Part shown: in pieces, positions 9,387 to 18,472 of the stretch
Numbering within the stretch: position 1 is the stretch's first letter
How the letters are laid out: every line of letters starts with the position of its first letter
DNA from: a virus
Virus record (IMG/VR): IMGVR_UViG_3300046501_000132
Location: 32,001-96,000 of that record
Direction: 5' to 3' (one strand)
Length of the DNA: 64,000 bases
Notes under the pieces: generated by a model
Seen by the model: the letters and a program-made list of their open reading frames with translations, nothing else
Told to the model about the DNA's origin: nothing
The model's database searches: none
Translations under genes and position numbers: made by a program

Positions 9387-11054
9387 ATGGCTAAATCATC
9401 ATTTCGCAATTCATTCGCTCGTCTGTTCCTAGGGGCAGAAGTTGAGAATCCGGAACGCGAAGAAGAACAAAAAATCATCGAACGTCAGACACTGGTAGCG
9501 GTCGACAACGATGATGCAGCCGATCTTGTTGATGTAAGTCATTACTATGCTTCTGGTTACACCAACCAACTTGATCTACGGAATCAAGCAGAAGTCATTA
9601 ATGAATATCGCTCTATGTCCGTTCACTCTGAAGTGGACAAGGCAATTGACGATATCATCAACGAAGCTGTTATGTCCGATGCTGATGAGTATCCCGTAGA
9701 AATCAAAATTAAGGAATCTGAAAACGTTTCTGATGAGACGAAAGATAAGATCACCAAAGAGTTTGATTCTTTGATGCGGATGCTTAATTTTGATCTTCGC
9801 TCTTACGAAATTTACAAGCAATTCTATGTGGATGGTAGACTCTACTACCACAAGATCATCGACCCGGATAAGCCTAAGAAGGGTATCTTGAAGTTGGTGA
9901 ATCTCGATCCACGTGCTATCAAGAAGATTAAGGAAATTCAGACCGAGACTGATCCGGCAACTAAGATTGACCGCATTACTGCCTCGCGCTCTTACTTCCT
10001 ATATGACCCAACATTTGCTAACGCTTCCAGTTCTGGAAACGGGAACCGTCTGAGTCTCGGATCGCGCGTGCACCAAGCTCTCGAAATGAGCCTAGATTCG
10101 GTCGCATTCGTTCACAGCGGTATTATCTCGGGTGACTCTGGAAACGTTATCCTAGGCCATCTAGAAAAGGCTAGGAAGCCCCTTAATAACCTGCGTATGC
10201 TAGAGGATGCAGCGGTGATCTACCGGATTACACGCGCGCCTGAACGTCGTATTTTCTATGTGGACGTTGGCTCACTGCCTAAGAAGGGTGCTGAAGAATA
10301 CATGATGAGTCTGATCAATAAATATCGGACTAAATTGGTGTATGATGGTAACACAGGTAAAGTAAAGGGCAATTCTCATCAAGTGTCTATGATGGAAGAC
10401 TACTGGCTGCCTCGTCGTGAGGGCGGTCGTGGTACAGAAATCACCACTCTACCTGCCGGTGAGAACCTGAACCAAATTGAGGACTTGCGTTATTTCCAAA
10501 AGCGTCTTTTGGAAAGCCTGAATGTCCCTAAGTCAAGACTAGAAAATGAAGCGACCATTTCGATTGGTAACCGTGCTACGGAAATCAACCGGGATGAAAT
10601 CAAGTTCAATAAGTTTGTACAGCGCCTACGTCGCCGTTTCAACAACTTATTCATTGATCTACTTCGCACTCAGCTAATCTTGAAGGGCATCACAACTGCT
10701 GATGATTGGGATGAATTCGTTCTACCTCTGCTAACCTTCGAATATGCTTCTGACACATTTGTGAAGGAAGAACAAGAAGCCCAGATCATGGAGAACCGCC
10801 TAGCGGCTCTTGATCAGGCTGATCCGTATGTCGGCAAGTATTTCTCAAAGAAAACTGTTCAACGTAAGATTTTGCGTATGAGTGAGTCAGAAATTGAGGA
10901 TGAACAAAAGCTGATCGACAGTGAAGTGAAGGATGGACACTACATGGACCCCGAAGACCAACGCGACTTCGATGCAGGCATCCATGACAATCAAATCGAC
11001 GCTCAAGTGAAATTGGCCAAGGCGACTCGTCCGCCTGCGCCTCCACGGAAATAA
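9387..11054 (+). CDS. gp20: Portal vertex protein gp20
   Basis: YRITRAPERRIFYVDVG, EDYWLPRREGGRGTEITTLP motifs. Confidence 0.98.
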   Translation: MAKSSFRNSFARLFLGAEVENPEREEEQKIIERQTLVAVDNDDAADLVDVSHYYASGYTNQLDLRNQAEVINEYRSMSVHSEVDKAIDDIINEAVMSDADEYPVEIKIKESENVSDETKDKITKEFDSLMRMLNFDLRSYEIYKQFYVDGRLYYHKIIDPDKPKKGILKLVNLDPRAIKKIKEIQTETDPATKIDRITASRSYFLYDPTFANASSSGNGNRLSLGSRVHQALEMSLDSVAFVHSGIISGDSGNVILGHLEKARKPLNNLRMLEDAAVIYRITRAPERRIFYVDVGSLPKKGAEEYMMSLINKYRTKLVYDGNTGKVKGNSHQVSMMEDYWLPRREGGRGTEITTLPAGENLNQIEDLRYFQKRLLESLNVPKSRLENEATISIGNRATEINRDEIKFNKFVQRLRRRFNNLFIDLLRTQLILKGITTADDWDEFVLPLLTFEYASDTFVKEEQEAQIMENRLAALDQADPYVGKYFSKKTVQRKILRMSESEIEDEQKLIDSEVKDGHYMDPEDQRDFDAGIHDNQIDAQVKLAKATRPPAPPRK

Positions 11055-11062
11055 GGACTCAA

Positions 11063-11227
11063 ATGGAAAAGCAAGACATTATCAAATCGTTTCTCTCTAC
11101 AGAAACAACTAAGGTAGATGAAGCTAAGGCGGCGCTGCGCGCCCTGTTGGATGCTCGCGCTGCCCAGTTCCGCGCAGATACGACTAAGTTTGTAGCCAAT
11201 TCTCTCTTTGAATCAAAAGGGGAATAA
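11063..11227 (+). CDS. Small prohead core protein (gp67/68-like), 54 aa, below ORF-track cutoff
   Basis: AAGGA RBS; MEKQDIIKSF...ANSLFESKGE exactly fills gp20-gp21 gap. Confidence 0.65.
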   Translation: MEKQDIIKSFLSTETTKVDEAKAALRALLDARAAQFRADTTKFVANSLFESKGE

Positions 11228-11230
11228 GCC

Positions 11231-11848
11231 ATGATGCTACTGCGCGAATGGGCGCCTAATATGGAAACCTTGACCGAGAATACAGAGTCCGGAAAGGTTC
11301 TATATTTGGAAGGTCCGATGATCATGACCGAAGCGAAAAACCGCAATGGTCGTATCTATGAAAAGGCTATGATGGAAGCGTCTGTAGAATCTTACATGCG
11401 TGACTATGTACAAGCTAACCGTGCTGTGGGTGAATTGAACCACCCCACGTATCCGTTCCCTAATATCAAAGAAGCTGCTGTTTATATTGAATCTCTTCAA
11501 TGGCAGGGCAACAATGTTATTGGTAAAGCACGCGTACTAAATAATATTCACGGACAACAAATTAAATCGCTGGTCGAAGCCGGATTCAAGATGGGCATGT
11601 CGACACGCGGTCTTGGTAATGTAGTTGAACGTTCCGGGACTAAATTTGTTAAAGATTATATGCTGAACGCCATTGATGCGGTGGATATGCCTTCGGGACA
11701 AATCTGCTACATGAACGCTCTACGCGAATCCACAGAGTGGGTCCAAGAAGGCGGTATTTGGGTTGAGAAGGCAAATCAAGAAAAGGCTATGGCTGTGTTC
11801 TTGGAACTGTTCGAACAATACATCCACGATCTAAAGAAGGCTAAATAA
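11231..11848 (+). CDS. gp21: Prohead protease gp21
   Basis: NRNGRIY, AVGELNHP, GMSTRGLG motifs. Confidence 0.96.
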   Translation: MMLLREWAPNMETLTENTESGKVLYLEGPMIMTEAKNRNGRIYEKAMMEASVESYMRDYVQANRAVGELNHPTYPFPNIKEAAVYIESLQWQGNNVIGKARVLNNIHGQQIKSLVEAGFKMGMSTRGLGNVVERSGTKFVKDYMLNAIDAVDMPSGQICYMNALRESTEWVQEGGIWVEKANQEKAMAVFLELFEQYIHDLKKAK

Positions 11849-11849
11849 A

Positions 11850-12305
11850 ATGGGTACATTTGCTAATCTGATGCTGGAAAATGCTGATGAGAAAAAGCGT
11901 CTAGCCTATGCTCATGCGATGGCTCAACACACCAGCGAAAAAGAAGGTGTTGTTCAGCACGTCAACAAGCATAAAGAAACCGGGAAGCATTACGTCAGCG
12001 ATTGGTATGACCATGAAGAAACCGTTGCTAGTTATAGCAAGGGTAAGCTACGTGAATCCACCGAAGTCAATGATATTAGAGAGCGTTCTGAATACGCTGC
12101 TAATCAGCACCTAGCTGCGGCTGCTGGTAAGGCCCATGAACCTGCTAAGGTTGGTGACACAATTCACTACACTAACGATGCTGGACATAAGCAAAAGGAA
12201 ACTGTTGCTCGTGATCTAGGCAATAAGCGTTATGGGGTGATCACCAAGGACGGAAGCAAGTTTTCTGTTCATCACAACCAAATCCATCAGATCGACAGAA
12301 GCTGA
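11850..12305 (+). CDS. Hypothetical, probable internal head protein
   Basis: His/Lys-rich; N-terminal MLE and internal LRE candidate gp21 cleavage motifs; between gp21 and gp22. Confidence 0.55.
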   Translation: MGTFANLMLENADEKKRLAYAHAMAQHTSEKEGVVQHVNKHKETGKHYVSDWYDHEETVASYSKGKLRESTEVNDIRERSEYAANQHLAAAAGKAHEPAKVGDTIHYTNDAGHKQKETVARDLGNKRYGVITKDGSKFSVHHNQIHQIDRS

Positions 12306-12315
12306 TAGAGCCAAT

Positions 12316-12322
12316 CTAAATA
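12316..12322 (+). promoter_or_regulatory. Late promoter (CTAAATA)
   Basis: Intergenic, upstream of gp22. Confidence 0.7.
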
Positions 12323-12351
12323 GATATAACCGATATTAAGGAACCACTGAA

Positions 12352-13224
12352 ATGGAACTACTTAAAGCACTATTCGAAAACGCTGAACTACCTACCGACT
12401 TCAAGGAAAAGACAACTACTCTTTTCGAAGCCGCTGTGGATGAGCGTGTTAAGGTTGAACTAGCCACCCTACAAGAATCTTTCGATGTTAAGCTAACAGA
12501 AGCCAAGGAAACTTTCGCTGCTGAAGCTGTTGCTAAGATTGATGCTGTTGTGGAAGCCACCGTCCTAGAATGGGCCAAGGAAAATGCAGTTGCTCTTGAT
12601 TCTGAAGTCAAGGGTCAAATCGCTGAATCTTTCCTACAAGGTCTAAAGGGCGTGTTTGAAAAGGCTGATATTGAACTCAGCGGTGATACGGCGGGTAAGG
12701 AACTAGTTAAGCTACAAGAACAAAATGCTGAACTTGCTAAGCAAGCAGAAGCCGATAAGGCCGCTCTGGTTGAAGCACAGACTCAGCTAGTACAAATTAA
12801 GATCAAGGATATTATCGAACAAGTTACCGAAGGTCTTGCAGATACTCAGGCTCACCGCGTTGCTAAGCTATGCGAAGCCTTTGATTTCAAGTCTGAAGAT
12901 GACTTCCGCGCTAAGGCCGCTCTAGTGGTTGAAGCTGTTGGCGGCATCAAGGGTACTCAGAATGCTGATGGTACGACTATCGCTGTGACTTCTAGCACTG
13001 GTGTTGTTTCCGACAAGGTTACTCCTACCGGCACTGAGAATGAAGACGGCGAACTAGTAACCAAGCCAACAGGCGCGGCTGTTCCTTCTGCTGAAGGTGA
13101 CAATGGAACCCCGAAGGAAAACAAGGGTGACCCGGTACGCGAAGCCTATGAACTAAATCGTGATACGTATGCTCCGCATTTCGAATCCGATCTAGTGGCT
13201 GAAGCTCTGAAGCTGTTCAAGTAA
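12352..13224 (+). CDS. gp22: Prohead core scaffold gp22
   Basis: FKEKTTTLFEAAV, EWAKEN, AESFLQGLKGVF motifs; acidic coiled coil. Confidence 0.92.
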   Translation: MELLKALFENAELPTDFKEKTTTLFEAAVDERVKVELATLQESFDVKLTEAKETFAAEAVAKIDAVVEATVLEWAKENAVALDSEVKGQIAESFLQGLKGVFEKADIELSGDTAGKELVKLQEQNAELAKQAEADKAALVEAQTQLVQIKIKDIIEQVTEGLADTQAHRVAKLCEAFDFKSEDDFRAKAALVVEAVGGIKGTQNADGTTIAVTSSTGVVSDKVTPTGTENEDGELVTKPTGAAVPSAEGDNGTPKENKGDPVREAYELNRDTYAPHFESDLVAEALKLFK

Positions 13225-13234
13225 TATCTACAGT

Positions 13235-13430
13235 CTAAATAGTTTTGTAGCGAACGGGAAGTTAGGTTCGCACGGGGAGTGAACCTCCCCGCCTATTTGA
13301 GATTCAATCTAACTAAATAGATAGTAGATAGGAATCAAAAGGGAGCGCAAACCTCCCTTTCACAAATTCTTAATTGAGTAATGACTCGATTGGAACCAGA
13401 GGATGGCGTTTGCAAAACATCTTCTAAATA
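13235..13430 (+). promoter_or_regulatory. Three tandem late promoters (13235, 13313, 13424) with intervening hairpins upstream of gp23
   Basis: CTAAATA x3; hairpins GGGGAG/CTCCCC and AAAGGGAG/CTCCCTTT. Confidence 0.65.
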
Positions 13431-13462
13431 TAGTTGTTAGTTAAAACTTTAAGGAAATTCAA

Positions 13463-14758
13463 ATGGCAATCGTCACTGAAGAAATGCTAAACAAGTGGAA
13501 GCCTGTTCTTGAATCTAAGGATTCTCAGACTGCCGCCGAACTTAATCAAACCAAGATTCAAGCCCGTCTTTTGGAAAACCAAGAGAAGTGGTGCCGCGAT
13601 AACCAGCAATTCCTTTTGGAAACTGCTGCTTCTAGCAACGCTACCGGCGCTGCTGTTGCCACTTGGTCTCCGGTTCTAATCAAGATGGCCAAGCGTCTAC
13701 CTCCAATGCTAATCAGCATGGAGTTCTTCGGCGTGCAACCGCTACACACTCCTGACGGCCTAGTGTTCGCTATGCGTTCGCGCTATGGTTCGCAAACTGG
13801 TACTGAAGCTCTGTTCAACGAAGCTAACTCTGCATTCTCTGGTGCGGGTACGCAAGCTGGTACTGTTGCTGGTCTTCCGCAAGACTACGTGACTACTGGC
13901 GACCCGGCTGTTGCTTCTAGCGCTGGTACTGGTATGTCTACTGCTGAAGCTGAAGCTCTTGGTTCTACCAAGACTTGGGCTAAGATGGCTGTTAGCATCG
14001 AAAAGACGACTGTGTCTGCAAAGGCACGTGGTCTATACGCTGACTACACCCACGAACTACGTCAAGACATGCAAGCTGTTCACGGTCAAGACGTGGATTC
14101 GATCCTAAGCGAAATGCTAGTGACCGAAATCCAAGCTGAAATGAACCGCGAGTTCATCCGTACGATGCTTATCGCTGCCAAGTACGGCGCGACTGGCGCT
14201 ACCAAGGCTGGTGTGTTCGACGTTACCGCCGACACCGATGGCCGCTGGATGCTAGAGCGTTGGAAGGGTCTATTGTTCCAAATCGAACTAGACGCTAACG
14301 CTATCGCTATCGACACTAAGCGTGGTAAGGGTAATCGTCTGCTAGTTTCTCCGAACGTCGCTTCTGCCCTAGCTATGGCTGGTGTGCTAGAATACAACCC
14401 GAACCTAGCTACTTCGGTTAAGGTTGACCCGACTGCTTCTACCTTTGCTGGCGTGCTAGCAAACGGTATGCGCGTGCACATCGACCCGTATGCTGACCGT
14501 GAATTCTACTCGGTTGCTTACAAGGGTGCGAACGAAATGGACGCTGGTATTTTCTACAGCCCTTACACTCCGCTTGAAATGTACCGTACCGTTGGTGAAG
14601 ACAACTTCAACCCACGTATGGGCTTCAAGACCCGTTACGCTATCTCGGCTAACCCGTTCTACAAGCTAGACGCTGCTGGCACTCCTGCCACTGGTGGTGG
14701 TCTTGGTCAAGGCGAAAACGGCTTCTTCCGTAAGGCAGTTGTGAAGAACCTATACTAA
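13463..14758 (+). CDS. gp23: Major capsid protein gp23
   Basis: KWKPVL, LLENQE, FGVQP, DLRAVHG-like (DMQAVHG), DAGIFYSPY, GFKTRY motifs. Confidence 0.98.
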   Translation: MAIVTEEMLNKWKPVLESKDSQTAAELNQTKIQARLLENQEKWCRDNQQFLLETAASSNATGAAVATWSPVLIKMAKRLPPMLISMEFFGVQPLHTPDGLVFAMRSRYGSQTGTEALFNEANSAFSGAGTQAGTVAGLPQDYVTTGDPAVASSAGTGMSTAEAEALGSTKTWAKMAVSIEKTTVSAKARGLYADYTHELRQDMQAVHGQDVDSILSEMLVTEIQAEMNREFIRTMLIAAKYGATGATKAGVFDVTADTDGRWMLERWKGLLFQIELDANAIAIDTKRGKGNRLLVSPNVASALAMAGVLEYNPNLATSVKVDPTASTFAGVLANGMRVHIDPYADREFYSVAYKGANEMDAGIFYSPYTPLEMYRTVGEDNFNPRMGFKTRYAISANPFYKLDAAGTPATGGGLGQGENGFFRKAVVKNLY

Positions 14759-14792
14759 TCAAATGGGCTTCGGCCCTTTGATGTAAAGTATG

Positions 14793-14821
14793 AAAGCCTT
14801 GAGAGAAATCTCAAGGCTTTC
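14793..14821 (+). terminator. Intrinsic terminator after gp23
   Basis: AAAGCCTTGAGA-GAAA-TCTCAAGGCTTT. Confidence 0.75.
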
Positions 14822-14852
14822 TGTTTAATCGAATCTCACTAAAGGAACTAAA

Positions 14853-15164
14853 ATGTCTAAGAGACTCAATCCCCTACTACAAGCTGTTACTACTGTATCT
14901 GCTGGTGCCGGCCTAAGCGTTATTGGTCGTTTGAATGTTCGTACTTACCAAGGCGTTGTTGCTGGTACAGGTACTTTCACTGCGACTGTTAAGATTCAAG
15001 GTTCTAACGACAATGTTAACTGGATCGACCTAACCAGCCTATCTTTGAGCAACACTACATTGACTGCTGGATATACATCCACCGACTCGTATGCATATGT
15101 TCGCGGTAACGTGACTGCTGTAACGGGTACTATCACTGGTATTGATCTAACGTTCTGTGCCTAA
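14853..15164 (+). CDS. Small beta-rich protein, candidate capsid decoration
   Basis: AAGGA RBS; Thr/Val-rich beta strands (VKIQGSNDNVNWIDL); directly after gp23. Confidence 0.55.
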   Translation: MSKRLNPLLQAVTTVSAGAGLSVIGRLNVRTYQGVVAGTGTFTATVKIQGSNDNVNWIDLTSLSLSNTTLTAGYTSTDSYAYVRGNVTAVTGTITGIDLTFCA

Positions 15165-15167
15165 AGC

Positions 15168-15200
15168 AAAAAGCCTCCGGAGAAATCCGGAGGCTTTTTT
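15168..15200. terminator. Bidirectional terminator
   Basis: A-tract, GCCTCCGGA-GAAA-TCCGGAGGC, T-tract between convergent genes. Confidence 0.85.
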
Positions 15201-15243
15201 GTTACATCGATAGATAAAGATAGGAAGTAAAAGAACCTGCTTC

Positions 15244-16698
15244 CTAGGTACGGGCGCGGTTGCGAACTTCGTCAAACGTTGGGATATATTCCCGTTCGCC
15301 ATCACAGTAGTACATCTTCCATCCATCCGTATCGCGGAAGACGCTGAACCCGTTGCCCGCCACAGTTTCAATCTGACCGTTCACCAATGCAGTATGGGCC
15401 AGGCCGGACAGCGACTTCTTACTGGAGTCAGTCTTGGGTTCCTTCAGGAGATTTACCCAACCCAGTTCCTCATCGTAGCGGGCAGTTGCCTTCATCGAGA
15501 ATGAGAACTCATCGCGGCCAGGACCATGAGTCATACCACCGCCCATACCAAAGGTCAGGTTATCCATCGAGTAATCAGCAGCCAGCAGATTGTCGATGAT
15601 CTGGGGAATACTGATGTGGTTGATACCATCGCCTTGGATAACCCGGAACGAGGGATGCAGAACCTTATACCCTGCGTCGTTCTTGGTCGAACCAACCTTC
15701 TCATCGATCAGACGGATGATTTCAATCGGCTTGGTAAGCGGGTTGCCGGAATCCGGGCGAGCAACCATCACGCCGCCAGAGGCAATAATACGGTCCCTCA
15801 GCTTACCACACAGATATTCACCGACGAAACGCTCATCGTCATAGGTGTCAATCACCACAGACTGGAGAGGAATACCGATACCTCGCTTGGTACGCGCCAC
15901 AGCTTCTTCCAGACGTTCAACCGACATTACAGCAGCGCCCCAGTCATCCTTATTGGCCGCATCTGAGTGTGAGCACATCACACTATGTTCCGTAGCATCA
16001 ACCGAACTAAACACCGGCTTGAACGTCCGGTAGATAGCCTTGATATAGGCGTTGGCTTGCAGGCAGTCAGAACCGGAGAACAGGAATCCGTGGGCGATTG
16101 CCGCAATGATTGCCGAATCGTTACCATCCGCGCCGCGATCACCGAAGTTGTGCAGCTTATACTCCAGCATGCTCATATCGGCCCCAGATTCTTGCATTGC
16201 CGCTTGAATCTTCTTGTAGCAGTAGCGGCTCATCGTGGCTACTGTGGTCATCTTCCACATGATACGCTGCACGACGGTTTCCACGTAGGACACAAGCCAG
16301 AAGAAACGTTCATCCGAGTTTACGATACCCAGGATCGGAGTATTGGGTTTCACCACCGTGCCTTCTTCCACGCCGAACACCTCCAGCGGTAGACGGCCAT
16401 CATACTCATTGGTGATGATTTCCCAGTCAGCTCGGTTGAACTCATAACCATATTGGTTGACTTCAACTTCAGCTTCATCGATCATTTCCTGAGTGATACG
16501 CACGTTTGCCAGAACAGCGGCAACCAGGGAAGCGCCAGCAGACACGATGCGATCGGTATACGACGAAGCCTTGCGCGGCACCACAGTTGAATAGATGAGC
16601 TTCGTGCCCTCGGGATATTCTGCGAAGTGGTGCAATTTATAGCTATCACAAGCGAGGATAAAGTTGCCCGGAACCAGATCATTAACGGATACAGTCAT
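15244..16698 (-). CDS. nadV: Nicotinamide phosphoribosyltransferase (ends in TAG)
   Basis: DSYKLHH, LHNFGDRG, ATEHSV, VIDTYD, RPDSG, IQGDGI, FGMGGG motifs. Confidence 0.95.
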   Translation of the reverse strand: MTVSVNDLVPGNFILACDSYKLHHFAEYPEGTKLIYSTVVPRKASSYTDRIVSAGASLVAAVLANVRITQEMIDEAEVEVNQYGYEFNRADWEIITNEYDGRLPLEVFGVEEGTVVKPNTPILGIVNSDERFFWLVSYVETVVQRIMWKMTTVATMSRYCYKKIQAAMQESGADMSMLEYKLHNFGDRGADGNDSAIIAAIAHGFLFSGSDCLQANAYIKAIYRTFKPVFSSVDATEHSVMCSHSDAANKDDWGAAVMSVERLEEAVARTKRGIGIPLQSVVIDTYDDERFVGEYLCGKLRDRIIASGGVMVARPDSGNPLTKPIEIIRLIDEKVGSTKNDAGYKVLHPSFRVIQGDGINHISIPQIIDNLLAADYSMDNLTFGMGGGMTHGPGRDEFSFSMKATARYDEELGWVNLLKEPKTDSSKKSLSGLAHTALVNGQIETVAGNGFSVFRDTDGWKMYYCDGEREYIPTFDEVRNRART

Positions 16699-16723
16699 TT
16701 GTTTCTCTTTTCTCTTTGGTAGA

Positions 16724-17779
16724 TTACTTCAACATTTCCTTGACCATAAAAACGTGGTCATCGTAACTTTCGGTCTGGATATCATCCAGGGCATTGATCT
16801 TGACCCAACGGTGACCAACCGCATCATCAGCCGGGTAGACCTCCGGACGCTCATCGAACATCGCGGTAACATCATACAACACTGCAAGAGTCGCACGCGG
16901 AATACCCAACGAACGGCTAGGGTCATCAAACAGCTTCTCTTTGACTTTACACTTCGCCAGCACGTCAGGCGGAATGTTCAGTCGGGCTTCTTCGTACAAC
17001 TCGCGCTCGGCGGCTTGAGCAAATGTCTCGTTTCGATTCTTGAACCCACCTGCCAGCGCCAGACAACCCTTACCAGGAGCCGCGCCGCGAACGATGAACA
17101 GAATCTCATCTTGCCAACGGACAATTGCGTCACCGCAATTGAAGGTCAGGGTTTCCGGGAAAGGATAGTCCTTGAACCGTTCAGTTTCCCGTTGGTAGAA
17201 GTGCCATTCCTTCTGGAGATTACTATCAATCAACTGTCGATCCATGAAGTCGGCAGTTTCCCGACTGATGAAACCTTGTTCGATGAACCGCAGAAGGAAA
17301 ACATCCGTCTGAAGACCTTCAAACCAAGCTTCCCGCAACCGAGTCGCGCAGAAGTCGGATTCATCGACTTCGGTCAGCGATTGCTTCCACTCCGGGAACA
17401 ACTTGTAGTAGAATGTAGATGCGTCCTTGTCGCAACCATACACCGTCACATCACTCGGATGATCAACATACGGGTGCACCAGTTGCTTCGCACGATCAGC
17501 CCAAGCATCGTTGTCATATGGCTCATCAATCAGCGGGCGATACACGATTCGGACATCACTCAAAATCCGACCATCGACATACGCGGATTGGACATTCGCT
17601 TCGATCATATCCACCGTTTCGTAATACGTGAACGGATTCTTGATTGAAACGCGACGATTGCTCGAACCGATCAGGATCATCACCCGGTCATTCTCACTCG
17701 CGGCCCGGATGATATGATCCATGTGGAACTTGTGAAACCCACGGAACCGTCCGATCACAACACCAACTTTACTTCCCAT
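16724..17779 (-). CDS. Bifunctional NMN adenylyltransferase/Nudix hydrolase (NadM-Nudix, NatV-like)
   Basis: IGRFRGFHKFH (HxGH-like), KNPFT; Nudix box GGFKNRNETFAQAAERELYEEA. Confidence 0.92.
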   Translation of the reverse strand: MGSKVGVVIGRFRGFHKFHMDHIIRAASENDRVMILIGSSNRRVSIKNPFTYYETVDMIEANVQSAYVDGRILSDVRIVYRPLIDEPYDNDAWADRAKQLVHPYVDHPSDVTVYGCDKDASTFYYKLFPEWKQSLTEVDESDFCATRLREAWFEGLQTDVFLLRFIEQGFISRETADFMDRQLIDSNLQKEWHFYQRETERFKDYPFPETLTFNCGDAIVRWQDEILFIVRGAAPGKGCLALAGGFKNRNETFAQAAERELYEEARLNIPPDVLAKCKVKEKLFDDPSRSLGIPRATLAVLYDVTAMFDERPEVYPADDAVGHRWVKINALDDIQTESYDDHVFMVKEMLK

Positions 17780-17965
17780 TCACTTCTCCACCGGCAAGTG
17801 ATAATTACAAGCCAAGTTACCTTCTTTGTTAATCACACCCGGCACTACAGTGAAGTAAGTTTGCCGGTACGGATGGTCCTTCGCGGTGGTTCGATAGCAG
17901 TTGGAACAAACATCCTGCTTCTTACCTTGATGATACATTCCATCACACTTCGTTATGTCGGACAT
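17780..17965 (-). CDS. Small Cys-containing hypothetical protein
   Basis: GGAG RBS; MSDITKC...CSNCYR; under an early-type promoter. Confidence 0.65.
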   Translation of the reverse strand: MSDITKCDGMYHQGKKQDVCSNCYRTTAKDHPYRQTYFTVVPGVINKEGNLACNYHLPVEK

Positions 17966-17993
17966 TATTATTCTCCAGTCGCATAATACATCT

Positions 17994-18022
17994 ATTATAC
18001 CCGCATTTACATCGTAGGTAAA
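17994..18022 (-). promoter_or_regulatory. Sigma70/T4-early-type promoter
   Basis: TTTACC-N17-TATAAT on minus strand. Confidence 0.75.
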
Positions 18023-18023
18023 G

Positions 18024-18052
18024 AAAATGCCCCTCAGATTTCTCTGAGGGGC
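18024..18052 (-). terminator. Terminator at 3' end of the tRNA cluster
   Basis: GCCCCTCAGA-GAAA-TCTGAGGGGC followed by ATTTT on minus strand. Confidence 0.75.
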
Positions 18053-18068
18053 TATGAACTACTATGTA

Positions 18069-18161
18069 TGGCGGTATGAGGTAGGATTTGAACCCACGCG
18101 GGAGCTTTCACTCCGTTGGTTTTGGAGACCAATGCCATCGACCGGACTAGGCGACTCACCC
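18069..18161 (-). tRNA. tRNA with CCA (Trp) anticodon but long variable arm
   Basis: TTGGT-CTCCAAA-ACCAA anticodon arm; GGAG/CTCC variable stem; T-loop TTCAAAT; G73, CCA end. Confidence 0.8.
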
Positions 18162-18170
18162 TTTGAAACT

Positions 18171-18245
18171 TGGTACTGCGTGCGGGAATTGAACCCGCCT
18201 TACCGGGTTGAAAACCCGATGTCCTAACCGATAGACGAACGCAGT
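18171..18245 (-). tRNA. tRNA-Glu(UUC)
   Basis: Cloverleaf, loop TT-TTC-AA, CCA. Confidence 0.92.
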
Positions 18246-18250
18246 ATATT

Positions 18251-18346
18251 TGGCCCACATCCTAGGATTCGAACCTAGATTTAACCCAATCGGAATCGAA
18301 CCGATTAGCCTCCGCGCGCTGTGAGGCTGCCGTCCAGCTGATGTGG
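18251..18346 (-). ncRNA. tRNA-like RNA with two T-loop hairpins and no canonical anticodon arm
   Basis: Acceptor CCACATC/GATGTGG-GCCA; AATCGG-TTCGATT-CCGATT and CTAGG-TTCGAAT-CCTAG. Confidence 0.75.
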
Positions 18347-18355
18347 TATGAAATC

Positions 18356-18433
18356 TGGTGGACCAGGTCGGATTCGAACCGACAACCCTCTGCTTGCAAA
18401 GCAGTTGCTCTACCCAATTGGAGCTACAAGCCC
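18356..18433 (-). tRNA. tRNA-Ala(UGC)
   Basis: Anticodon TGC, G3:U70, CCA. Confidence 0.93.
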
Positions 18434-18472
18434 ATATCCCGTTTATTTAACGTGTACCGGGGAACACAAACT

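Noticed and set aside
16664-17647. 327-aa plus-strand ORF
   Set aside because: Antisense shadow of the NadM-Nudix gene with no recognisable motifs; the same applies to 60235-60864, 61929-62630 and 56614-57273.
18069-18161. tRNA-Sec
   Set aside because: Anticodon is CCA, not TCA, and it lacks the 8-bp acceptor and extended D-stem.
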